Assembly: GCA_010093605.1 (NCBI GenBank)
Contig: MU004181.1
Span: 2,914,001 to 2,978,000 of the forward strand
From: Lophium mytilinum
Taxonomy: Eukaryota
DNA length: 64,000 bases
Direction: 5' to 3'
Of this stretch, positions 39,383 to 50,275 are shown piece by piece (positions within the stretch are counted from its first letter, which is position 1; the number at the start of each line of letters is the position of its first letter). A program made the translations under genes and the position numbers. The notes beneath the pieces are model-generated. The model had not been told where the DNA came from, searched no databases, and saw only the letters and a list, made by a program, of their open reading frames with translations.

Positions 39383-39835
39383 CGTAGCGTCATGCCTCAA
39401 TAAATCCTCTCGATGGTGATATATCTAATTGATCCAATGTATGTACAGAATTCAGCGGTTAGTGCGTCTTTTCAAAGGTCCATATTCCGGTATCCTATCG
39501 AAAGGTCAGACCTAGAATCGTGAGTGCATTGGTAACAGTTGGATTGCACGTCATCCAGCAAAACTCTGTATTAAGAGTGCTCAAATTTGGAGAGAGATGA
39601 GCCGAGCGGGATGCACCCGCAATCTAGGTATCATGGTCATGTTTGACTTCTGCGGAGAAAGGATTGAAATAGAACCCATTTTTACGTGACAGGCTCGAAT
39701 AGAGAATGACAGAAGTAGCAATGGAGCTCGATCCTCAGAACATGTAGCGAATAAGAAAGACGTATCTATAACATTGAAAGCACTCACAAAGCAAGACTTG
39801 AATTCCCACATAGCCCAGAACACGTAAGAGTGGGC

Positions 39836-39847
39836 CGGATCACTCCG
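39836..39847. promoter_or_regulatory. CGG-N6-CCG site upstream of the C45 hydrolase
   Basis: cCGGatcactCCGt, about 195 bp upstream of ATG 40042. Confidence 0.5.
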
Positions 39848-40041
39848 TCGGCAGACACTAAATTGTCGCGAAAAGCCGACGATGCAGTCCAGTGCAGGAG
39901 GTCTTATCAAATCAATTATTAGTTCAGACTGTTTCCTTGCCCAAAATGAACTCACTATCTGAGCCCTTCGATTTTATTCCTGCTCGAATCTGAATTTTGT
40001 CAAAAAACCACTAGCATCTTGCGCACTCGAAGGTCGAAACC

Positions 40042-41139
40042 ATGCCGTCTGGAAACGCACGTAGCGACGTCGCTGAATGCTGGAACGGAGTACCCGAGGT
40101 CATAGCTAGCGGTTCACCTTGGGAGGTTGGGTTCGCTCACGGAAGTCAAATACCACATCGGATTGCAGTATGCATTTCCAACTATGAGCGGCTTTTCCTT
40201 GAAACTGCCGAAGCCGACTGGACAGAATCGAAGGCCAGAGCAGCTACATATCTTCATTCTTTAGAAAAGAACGAGCCAGATCTTGTGGAGGAAATGCGCG
40301 GAATTGCTTCTGGTGCCGGACGGGATTTCTTGGATATCCTTGCGCTCAATTTGCGTAGTGAGATAGCCTTGACGAACTATTCAGATGGATGTACGTCAAT
40401 CGTCACGCGAAACGCCGCTCGAGGAGAGGTGTACCTAGCACAGAACTGGGACTGGGTAGGAGAAGCCGGCACGTCAACCGCCTTTTTCGACATTCGACCA
40501 ACCGGCAAGCCACGACTTCGGATGATGGGAGAGGCAGGAATTGTAGGCAAGTTTGGATTCAACGACTCAGGTGTTGGCGTCTGTATGAACGCGATCAGGT
40601 GTGGAACAGTCGACAAGTCTCACCTGCCTGTTCATCTTGCGATGCGACGGATCCTAGAGTGCAGGTCATTTGACGAAGCCCTGGTTATGTTGACCAGCAA
40701 AGGGCTAGCCACATGTGCAAATCTTGTGCTTGCCGACAAAAGCGGAAAAATTGCTACCATCGAATGTACACCAAAAGGTCTAGCTCCTATTTTTCCGGAG
40801 CCAGGAAGCTGGACGACTTTCCACACCAACCATCTTTGGTCGCCGCACGTACCTGCCGGCATTCGGGACCATCCTTCTAAAAATTCTTTCTCCAGGCTAG
40901 AACGAATCAAAGTCTTGAGTGAAGACCAAGAAGCAAGCGTAGAGAAGATCCGATCATGGCTTTCAGACGACGAAGGAACGCCTGTGTCCATCTGTCGCTC
41001 TACGCCAGACAATGCCGTCGGTATCGAGAGGATGGAAACTCTGGCAACGATTATTATTGACCTGCCAAACTTGAAGACTGAAGTGTCCTTTGGCAAACCA
41101 AGCCTCTCACCTCCCGTGCGTACTTTAACGATCGAGTAG
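40042..41139 (+). CDS. Peptidase C45 / acyl-CoA:6-aminopenicillanic acid acyltransferase-like Ntn hydrolase
   Basis: GFAHG, EEMRGIASGA, LNLRSEI, autocleavage site DG|CTS, AQNWDW, EAGIVGKFGFNDSGVGVCMNA, HTNH; intronless; no C-terminal PTS1. Confidence 0.92.
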   Translation: MPSGNARSDVAECWNGVPEVIASGSPWEVGFAHGSQIPHRIAVCISNYERLFLETAEADWTESKARAATYLHSLEKNEPDLVEEMRGIASGAGRDFLDILALNLRSEIALTNYSDGCTSIVTRNAARGEVYLAQNWDWVGEAGTSTAFFDIRPTGKPRLRMMGEAGIVGKFGFNDSGVGVCMNAIRCGTVDKSHLPVHLAMRRILECRSFDEALVMLTSKGLATCANLVLADKSGKIATIECTPKGLAPIFPEPGSWTTFHTNHLWSPHVPAGIRDHPSKNSFSRLERIKVLSEDQEASVEKIRSWLSDDEGTPVSICRSTPDNAVGIERMETLATIIIDLPNLKTEVSFGKPSLSPPVRTLTIE

Positions 41140-41270
41140 CGAACATGGAGAGAGGACAAATCGGATGGCAAGCATGCTGCTTGATGAGTTGCGGTATCCT
41201 TCGAAACCCTCCATACCGCCGAACTTGATTGATGACGTCTCGCGTTGGGGACGGTGATAATGACTAAGCT

Positions 41271-43094
41271 TCATGTCATTTGAGCTGGTTCGAAGTCAAG
41301 CAATTCTACAATAGTCCTCCAAACTTGGAGATAGCGATGGCCGCCCGGCCAGTGTGGCGCAAACATAGATAGGATATCCGTACACTTGTTTAAGTCTTTC
41401 GTATGGAACTGTGAGGAGATCCATCTTTTGGAGATACTTGTGACGATTGCGCAGCCAGAGACGAGGGCCCTCGAGCTAGCTAAGATTGGTGGAATGAAGT
41501 CGTCCTTCGCGGTCGCAGCTCGGTGAACTCTGAGTATGAGCTGAGACGCCGCATCGATGACCTTGCGCCTCAAGCTTCTCATCCCTTTGGTACCGTGCTC
41601 ATCCGCCTCTTGGAAACAATGAATGCACTGCTTATGGTTGACGCAGACAGGCAAGAACAAAAGCCAACTTTCGAGGATAATTGCATGTTGATTTCCGACG
41701 CTTTCGGCCAAATCCATTAATGTGGCAACTTCACCAACGAATGGGCAGCCGCTGCTTTCGAATATTTGACCACCACCATATAATTGATCAGATAACTGGA
41801 GGAACACTTGGAACAGAGCCTCCTTATCAGAAGTATCCAGCAGCTTAGACGCAATTAACATGGTCGGTCGATTGAAAACTGTTTGTAAATCTCTATAGGC
41901 GGTAAGCCTAGGCAAGCACGTCGATACTGTATTGCGCTTACTTCTCAATATCCTGAAGTGCAGATATCATTCCGAGCTTACTGGGACTAGAACTGTTCGT
42001 CTCTGCCGTGCCTCCGCTCTCTAGCGAAGCGGCGCCAAAGTGTGAGATTCGTAGAGTTCGATGCCAGCCCAGCTGCAAGCATGTTCGTCTAGCGAGGTCG
42101 AGTAATTCCCAAGCATTGCCTCTGGTTGAATCCGCTAGCTCATATATGAGAAGCAATAGTGTCGCCGATAGCGCATCACCATCTGGCGTAGATATGATGG
42201 GTGTGACCAACTCGTTCGCCCAGTCTCGGCAGACCTGGGCTAATGGCTTCCAATCAGGACGCTTGTAGCTTTCGCAGGCAGCAGCAATTGCGCATGCCAT
42301 GAGTACCTTGAATTTCTGGGGATCAGGCAGCTTTTTAAAGCCCGCCCCGTCATGATTCAAGATATCTGTCTCTAGAACATCATATTGAGGCCTAATACAG
42401 CTGTCGTAGCGGCCGAGAAGAAATCGAACTATTTTGGGGGTCAGTAGGGATCTATTTAGGCCGTGTGAAATGTTTGGCATGGAATCAACATCGTCGGCGG
42501 CGGCGTCTAGGGCATCAGGTATCCTCCCGGGCAGTAAGAGTGCTCCAAACGTCGTTCCTGTGATGCGTGATGCAAAGGAAAGGTTCAGATATAGGTCCGG
42601 CCCTACGTCTCGTACAGAGACATGTAGAGGGTGGACTAGTTGCGGATTTGAAGATGCTATTGCCGCTGATGTTGTGCCCGTTGGATCGGTATGCAAGAAA
42701 TCGCTTCGTGAGTTTTCTAAATTAGCTAGATTGCATGACGTAACTAGTTGCAAATGACTTACTTGGGCAAACGGTGTGAGTGCAGAGCCAGCTCAGAGCT
42801 CAACTCTTGAATCCGATTGTTCAAGGACTGGATGTAACTAGATACTAAGTGAGTTCAGAAGTTGCGAAATTCGCTACAAGACGCAGACTTTCTAGGGATG
42901 TCCTTCTGGAGAGCCTCGTCTCTGAATTTGCAATCTAAATCGCCTTTGGCACAATTGGAGCATGCTGGAAGGAGGGAATCGCACTGCGGTATTGACGTCA
43001 GGGACAAGATCATCCTCGGTTTGCCCATGGGGACTATGCAGAGATGGAGTACCTTAATTCTTCGTTGCCGACAACGCGTGCATGTCTGCAGCAT
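41271..43094 (-). CDS. PPR1/UaY-like Zn(II)2Cys6 transcription factor, multi-exon
   Basis: MLQTCTRCRQRRIK/CDSLLPACSNCAKGDLDCKF...DIPR/YIQSLNNRIQEL; WELLDLARRTCLQLGWHR. Confidence 0.85.
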
Positions 43095-43219
43095 TGTGTG
43101 AGGCTACAGCTCCTACTGTCCACGAGATCCCGTGTGGTTGGTTCTTGGATGCCAGTAGTAAGAAAGGACAGATTGGAAGCAAAGCGAATCCTAGCAGAAA
43201 ACACGTCTGATGAGAGTGT

Positions 43220-43231
43220 CGGAGATCTCCG
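43220..43231. promoter_or_regulatory. Perfect palindrome CGGAGATCTCCG (CGG-N6-CCG) upstream of the second TF
   Basis: tCGGagatctCCGc, about 125 bp upstream of ATG 43094. Confidence 0.5.
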
Positions 43232-43862
43232 CGCGCTTAGAACTACTGGATAGGCTATTATTACAGGCTAGGTACACGAGTAATGCTAACGATAGTGTAA
43301 ATTTGGGGCACAGCTGCCCAGAGCCCGTAAAGTCTTGCTAGCGAAGGCTTTGACATCTAGTATCGCGTCTCATGTGGAACGTACCGCTTCTTTGAGGGCT
43401 AGTTCTACACATAATAGTCACATCCAACGCACTCAAGAAAAAGGTTCCTTCCTCGGAGACGTGGAGCGGAAATGAAAAGCTCTGCAGCGTAAGATTTTTG
43501 TGCGGATGAAGTTTCGTGCTTGTGGTGTTGCGGGGATTTCATATCGACGCGTTGACGTGACTTGCCCGTGCTACAGAGCGAAGGACCCTTGACCCTTCGC
43601 CGGAAATGTGCAGAATTTTTGTGTCTATTTCTTCAGTTTGGTCAAAATCAAATCAAGCAATCAGATTGAGTGTTTAAGTAGAGCAAAAGGATTCAGATCA
43701 TAGAGTACTGCTCTGTACTCTAGTTCCTCTGATACAGGACCCGGGGTGCAATAACTACCAAATGCTAGGTGCTGCACCTTGTAAAGCTAAGTCCGTGAAC
43801 AGCGCAGTGCATACCCGCTAGCAGCGCGCAACTTCTCTATTGGAACTCCGAGCCCTAGTTAC

Positions 43863-45181
43863 CTACTGCCAGTGAGCAAGAACCGTCTCACCCTCCTTCA
43901 AACCTGCCAACCTCGCTGTCTCCTTCCATACCAACTCCCTCTTCGCTGCATCCCTCGACTCCTCGCTCGTCTCCAACGGCGCCCTACCATCAAAGTACTT
44001 GTCCTTCGGCAGCTCGCCCCCACTACCCACCCCAAACGCCGCCTCCAAGACATCGCCCGCCGAGCGGCTTAGTGGCCTCACTCGCCCGTTATTCGGGCTC
44101 ATATATAGCAAGGCCGGGTAGATAATCTTGAAAATAAGCACGCGGATCACCCAGGGTGCAAGTCGCTGATGGCCGGTGATCATAGGACCCGGGTCGACGC
44201 CGAGGATGCAGATGCTGCTGAGCGCGGCATCAGCGTTCAGCCGCGCCTGCAGCTCGTGCTGCATCATAATTACGAAGAGCTTAGAGGCGCCGTACCGCCG
44301 GAACCCGCCCCGGAAGGACGCGTCTTCGGTCGCAGGGCTCCATGTTCCCTTCGCGATCGCCTCGAAGCTGGCGGCGTCGGAGACAAAAGTCTTGTATTCT
44401 GGCTTCTCGAAGGCTTTGGTGACCGCGTTTCGCGGGTCCTTGGGACTAAGCAGTTACATGGTAGGTTAGCTTCGGTCCCGCTGTACATAGTAGTGCTTCT
44501 GGTGAAGCTATTCCGCTTATTCGGCCTCGACCGCCACACAGGATCAAAAACAAAAGCGCTAGGACACCAAAAGTGCTTTAGGCAAAAAGGAAAGTCACTT
44601 ACTCGTGACTTTGACTTCCAATTACCACAATTCGCCCGGCCTCCTTGTCTATGCTCTTGAGCAAAAGAAGGGTAAGTAGCCAGTGCCCGAGATAGTTTGC
44701 CGAGAAGGTAACGTCGAACCCGTCGTCCGTCCACGACTGCTTGCCAAAGTCCTGGAAGCCAGCGTTGAGGATAAGGGCGCTGATCGGCGGGATGTCGCCT
44801 GCCAAAACGCGAGCCTATGCGGAGATTGTTACCACTGGGCGCCTATATCGGTACCTGAAACATGTGCAGAATAACAAAGACGCAAGTGTGCAAGGATAAA
44901 TAAAGTTGTTGGGGTTGGGCGACGGGAGTTGGTGGACTTGCATTAATTCCCTCCGCCACCTGGCGAACATTGTCGAGCTTCGTCAAGTCGAGAGACACAA
45001 TGTCATGCTGGTGTGTGGCATCTTTTGTAAGGGTCGAGGTAAGAGTGGACGCGTGCGCCACGTCGCGGACGGTATAGAGCCCATAGTAGGCGGAAAGTTC
45101 GGGTTTCAAGGCAATTTGTTCTGCTATTGCGCTGCCGAGCCCGCCGTTTGCCCCTGTGACAAGGATAGACCCTTTGGCCAT
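43863..45181 (-). CDS. Short-chain dehydrogenase/reductase (retinol-DH/WWOX-like), 3 exons
   Basis: ILVTGANGGLG, LILNAG, NYLGHWLLTLLLL, RRYGASK, VDPG. Confidence 0.9.
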
Positions 45182-45505
45182 GACAGCAGCCCCTTTTTTG
45201 CTCGCAGCTGCTTAAACGTCTCGCTAGCTATAAAGGCTAGACCGGTTTGAGTCGGAGAAGAGAGGCGTGTAGGCGGAGGAGATAGAACGTAAGACTAAGA
45301 AAAACGAAATAATAGGGAAACATTACTTTAAGTACTGTCTTGACTGAGCGCAGGAGCGTATACCTGGGATACATAAGCCCACCTTAGTACGCTCCGTAGA
45401 TCATCTAAGCCTGTTATCGTAGTGGTAGCTACAGGAAAGCTTATTGCTTATGTCACATGACCTACGCGATCTATTGCAGGTAAAAAGGGGTACCTTGGGG
45501 GACAA

Positions 45506-46260
45506 ATGGACCTAAGCTATGCAGCCGTCTGCAAAGTGAAAGGTTGGCGTGAAGATCGGCACCTCGAAGCAGGCACTATTGCCTTCGTCAAGCACAACTG
45601 CTCCTCTATCCCAGTGCCTGAAATTCTTTACTCATGGATCGATGTACCTTTCAACCGATCGCTCCTATCTTACGAAGAGTACGCGGTCGCACTTTGAACA
45701 GCGCATGGCCTTCTCTTTCCGCCTGCCAGCCCCTGAAAGTTGCCAAACAGGTAGCACAACATTGCTCTATGCTTGCACGCCAGACCTCACCGCGATTTGA
45801 AAGTGTTTCTGGTCATGGTGTTCTTGAGTACTGGCTTATGGGGCGGCCCCCCGCTTCCAATCCGACTTGGTTGCCTATGGTACTCGGACCTTTCTCGGGC
45901 TCAGAATTGAAAGCATACATGACTCGAATCTCCAGCGAGCCCGTTCCCGAAATCGATTCTGAAGTCGACGAGTCCTTTCCGTTCTATCATCCAGATCTTG
46001 GTCCAACAAACATCATGGTTTCAGACCATGGTAATAGCGTCACTGCCATTAGTGACTGGGAGGCAGCGGGCTACTTCCCAAAATTCTTGGTTGCAACAAG
46101 ACCTGCAAGCAACCCTGCATATCGACTTATTATTCCGAATACAGATGCCGAGAAGAACGAACGGAGCAAGATGCTCGTCGAAGCTCTCGAAGGGATGGGG
46201 TTCGTCTGCTTGGACACGGCATACACGAAATGGAACATGGTGAAGACAAGCCCAGCATAA
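45506..46260 (+). pseudogene. APH/choline-kinase-like phosphotransferase, frameshifted and probably 5'-truncated
   Basis: EAGTIAFVK..IPVPEILYSW in one frame; ILRRVRGRTLNSAW, HPDLGPTNIMV and DWEAAGYFP in the next; shift near 45665. Confidence 0.75.
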
Positions 46261-46747
46261 GTGAAGTGCACAGGATTTGAGCGAATCGGACAACCTTGCT
46301 CCTTCAGCGTCCAGATAATTAAGAGATAGTGCGGTTTTCAGACAACCGAAAGCATGGGATAAAATACCACATTTGCTTTCGCTCTATGTGGATGCTCCAC
46401 TTTTCTTACACGTCGCCACGTATGCAGGATTGTTTTACGAGTAGTGCTTGTTGGAGCAGGATGTCTCGTCTGCTAGAGGAATGTATGTACTCGGTGATTG
46501 TTGCATTCGCGATAGGAGCAGATGTGTGAGCCATGTTGGTATAGCACGTTAGTGAAGAGGATTGAGCGTAGATGAGAATTGAAGAGCAAATCGATTGACG
46601 AGCAGATAGCGTGATTCTTCGGGCGGTGCTCTATGAGTCTGGCGGAACATGGCATTGCACTTATATCCCAAAGCGCACCCACTGTCCCAGCGGCGGGGCT
46701 ATAGTGTCACGGAACATGTAGCTGTAAGCCGTGTACGTGATGTATTG

Positions 46748-46766
46748 GATGATGATGATGATGATG
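46748..46766. repeat. (GAT)6 microsatellite
   Basis: gatgatgatgatgatgatg. Confidence 0.85.
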
Positions 46767-47463
46767 TAGAAGAGAAGAGGTCTGGAGGAAGTGAGGCTAT
46801 ATACAAAAGGTAACACGTCCTGCCGTAACCCTCACCACTACTCCCTGACAGTTGCCGCCCCAAAGGGCATCGCTGTCTGCTGCCTATTAAAACAAAAATA
46901 AAGGAAAGAAGAGGGAGTAGGTGCTATACAAGCTGTGCCAGTGCAGCAGGCGTACACGTTGTACGTGAATGAAGAGTGGAATGTGCTATGTCAAGTGTCT
47001 GGCTGGTGAGAGAGGAATGTGCTGTCGGTGTGCTGATAACGCGGATAGGCGATGGGTCGTGAGAGATCGCTCGCAGTCCTGCTATAGAACAAAGCGTACA
47101 GGGGAGATAAGTGCTACTGCTGCTGTGGAGGGAGGTAGGGGTTGTTGACTGATGCTGTTGTAGGGGTTGTTCGGCAGAGAATCGACGATATCGGGGTTTT
47201 TGACGAAGCCGATAAGGGGACGGTTTCCGGGGTTCTGATACCGTGTCGACAGAGAGGGGGCCCCGCAGCGAGTGAACGTACAAGGGTTCGGAGAAGAGCC
47301 GCGTGTAGTATCATCGTGTTCCGCTACCTCCTCCGTGATAGTTTACAATGGTCTGATACCGTCTGAAGCGCTCCAGCACATTTTCAAAAGCCAGAAAAGC
47401 ACAACTTCGTCAAGGCCAGTAGCCTTTTGGGCCACCCCAGACGGTGTCAAAGCTTTGTAGCTC

Positions 47464-47780
47464 CTAAACAGGTTCCATGAATCTGCTGAGCCAAACATAC
47501 CAGGCTCCATCTACAATACCCTCACCGATCAGCCGACTGAGCACCCTCATAGCCCAACCCTGACAGTTTTCCGTCACCTCTCTTCGGTTTAAGGCTCAAG
47601 GAGGAGGTTCTTGGATAGCACATTAGTAAACGCGCAGAGCACTATTCGAGTCCATGTTGGCCAGTTCATATGAGTCGAAGAAAGAGATGGAACCGAAGAT
47701 GTCGACATTCTCCGCAATGACGTAGTGCTCGGACTTTCTGTTGAACGGGACGGCCTGACACCGTTTGAGGTGGCCCACAA
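47464..47780 (-). pseudogene. Remnant of a small fungal DUF6540-like gene
   Basis: Frame reads VDIFGSISFFDSYELAN...RVY*CAIQEPPP*ALNRREVTENCQGWAMRVLSRLIGEGIV...MEPV*; NCQGW..RV..L...GIV motif with two internal stops. Confidence 0.6.
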
Positions 47781-49243
47781 GGCTTTTAGTCTTATCAAAA
47801 CTGACCGTTTCCGATCTCTCAGAATGTGCTACAGGACTCTAGGCGGTGCTAGGCTAGCACACGAAAAGCCTAAGGGGCATATGTTGGAGTTTCGAATAAT
47901 GGAGCGCAGAGCTGTAAGTTGTAAAGTTATCTTACCTGGAGTTTATATAGAATTCACTAGCATAGAGATACGTCTCGAAACTGTAGGATCATCTGACCAG
48001 GTTGCACTACATTCTCTACGCCGCGACCGTACTGATATCCCTTAACCCGCTGAGACGCGCTCAACGATATCGCGCCAATCGGAACGTATCGCTTAGCTTA
48101 TCTCGTGCTCCGATTAGCTTTTGGCAAAAGAGTTGTAGGTTTGCAGCGGGTTAAGGGATAGAATGGGCTTTTTCCGAGCCACGGGCGGCCGTAGAATGAT
48201 TGGAACCGACAGAGCAGGTCTTTCTCAGGGTTAGCAACATGTGCTAGATATGTTTTCTCGCTTAGGAGCCACTTAATCGGCACATAATCCTAAGTGCAAG
48301 ACCTTTCAATCAGATCGCTCCATTTTCTCCCACGCTGCAACCGTACCAAACATAGAGAGTTGATTGTCAGAAACGCGGGCGGTTGTAGATTGAATGGAAA
48401 TTGCAGGAAGACATTGCCAGTGGGGAGTGGGAGAAGCCGATGAGCAGAGGCAGATATGGTGTGCTGGTCGATAACGGCCCCGCTGTGAATTTGCTGCGTC
48501 GGGTATTTTCGCACTGGATGGGCATTCTAGTGGGGAGAAGCGTGATGGGGGATCGAGGAGTGCTGAGTGGATGTAGACATTGGTAGCTGGCCCTGGGACT
48601 CGCACTGATGGAGAACACAATGTTATACTGCAACACACGTGGATACATACTTTCAATCCGAAGGCGGGAGTCTAGCCCGCAAGTGTTTAGCGCATTGCGA
48701 TTGCAAAACCATGTTCAATGAAGATGCCAGGTCTCGGATGATGGAAGACAGGGCGGTCGTGTTAGCCAGTTTCAAGCTAGATGTTAGAGAGATCTCAACA
48801 CAGACTTGTTTGCATTTTGTGCAAGCTGAGCCCCTGATCAACTACCCAGGTCCAAATCGTAGAACTGAAACACGACAGAGGAAATCAGCTTGAACGAGAG
48901 ATCGCAACCGGAATGCGCCATTTTCATCGTAGTGATGAAGTGGAACGGAGAGCAGTGAATCATAATCTGGGTAGTCAAGATTCGGGTCCGGAATAACCTT
49001 CCTCCGCTGCAAAACGAAACCTCGGCGTACTTAAGCCCTGGCCTAGTGCCCGTTCCTCACCAGGACACCCTTGCACTACACCGTGTGTTATCATACCCAA
49101 GAGTCTCCCTAGAGGACGATTCTGAATTTGTACCTACGAAGCACCTCACGACTACCATTACGACCAGGACGGCTACGACTACTACCAACACCATCATACT
49201 AGGCACTCTGCGATAACTCACGTGCCTCTTCATTTCTTCTGCT

Positions 49244-50275
49244 ATGGAAGCCCCTCTCAAAAAGGTTCCAGCAGCGCTACTGCCAGAATGGATTTCAGAC
49301 TTGCCTCCACCCGTGAAGGTTCAAATGGAGGCTCGCGAAAAAGGACTCGATGATGACACGATCCCCCCTCCCGGAAACGTTCTAGCAGCGCCACTACCAG
49401 AATGGAGTTCAGACTTGCCTCCACCACCCTGGATCCTTCAAACGGCTCGCGTAAACCGACTAGATGATGATACGATCCCCCCTCCCAGAAGGGTTCCACC
49501 AGCGCCACCATCACTATTGGAGTCAGGCTTACCTCGACCCGTGATGCTTCAAATGGGGGCTCGCATAAACCGACTCGATGATGACACGATCGGAAAATCT
49601 GGCAGCAGAGTACGGCCTCGAGAGGAGGCTGCTATGAGGCTCGTGGCCAAACATACTGATGTTCTAGTCCCCGATGTTCAGTATTCTACCTACAACGAGG
49701 TTCATGGCGATCTATTCATGAGCATCATTCCAGGGTCGCCTCTCAGCGTCCATTGGGAGAAGCTTGATGATCAAACGAAGGAGCGCGTCTGTCATGATAT
49801 CTGGAACCTGATCGGGAAGTTTCGACAGATCCCAAAGCCACCTGAACTCAACAACTTCTTCCTTTGCTCGGCCGACGGGTCTTGCAGCCAGGACGTGTTT
49901 ATCGAAGATCTGGAATCTCCTCCTCGACCTCTTGTCGATGATGATGCTGTTAGAACTCGGATATCTGAACGCTACTATCACTATTATGGTCGAAGATATA
50001 CTAAGGAGGAGATACTTAGCTTGCTTCCTCACTCTCAGGCCTCCGTCTTCACGCATTGCGATATAGCACCAAGAAACATCATGGTGGACGACCACACTTA
50101 CCAGATCACAGGACTTATTGACTGGGAATTTGCTGGTTGGTATCCGGATTATTGGGAATATTTGAGAATCCATAAATATAACAACAACGAGGACTGGCGC
50201 GACTGGATGAACCGTACGGCACCGCAAAAATGGGATCTGGCAGGTTTCGTTGCGGTTAGTCGAGTGCTGTTCTAA
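49244..50275 (+). CDS. APH/choline-kinase-like phosphotransferase with tandem N-terminal repeats
   Basis: EEAAMRLV..HTDVLVP, LFMSIIPG, VFTHCDIAPRNIMV, GLIDWEFAGWYPDYWEY. Confidence 0.88.
   Translation: MEAPLKKVPAALLPEWISDLPPPVKVQMEAREKGLDDDTIPPPGNVLAAPLPEWSSDLPPPPWILQTARVNRLDDDTIPPPRRVPPAPPSLLESGLPRPVMLQMGARINRLDDDTIGKSGSRVRPREEAAMRLVAKHTDVLVPDVQYSTYNEVHGDLFMSIIPGSPLSVHWEKLDDQTKERVCHDIWNLIGKFRQIPKPPELNNFFLCSADGSCSQDVFIEDLESPPRPLVDDDAVRTRISERYYHYYGRRYTKEEILSLLPHSQASVFTHCDIAPRNIMVDDHTYQITGLIDWEFAGWYPDYWEYLRIHKYNNNEDWRDWMNRTAPQKWDLAGFVAVSRVLF
49250..49592 (+). repeat. Three imperfect 114-bp (38-aa) coding tandem repeats
   Basis: gatgatga(c/t)acgatc recurs at 49349, 49463 and 49577. Confidence 0.9.

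Noticed and set aside
35982..41139. Penicillin biosynthetic cluster
   Set aside because: No ACV synthetase or isopenicillin N synthase in the window, and the C45 protein lacks a PTS1
43863..45181. Second SDR as a member of the cluster
   Set aside because: Lies outside the second TF and I saw no CGG-N6-CCG site upstream; membership is unsupported though not excluded
47800..49200. Possible transposon or gene remnant
   Set aside because: No transposase or RT motifs, terminal repeats or target-site duplications recognised by eye
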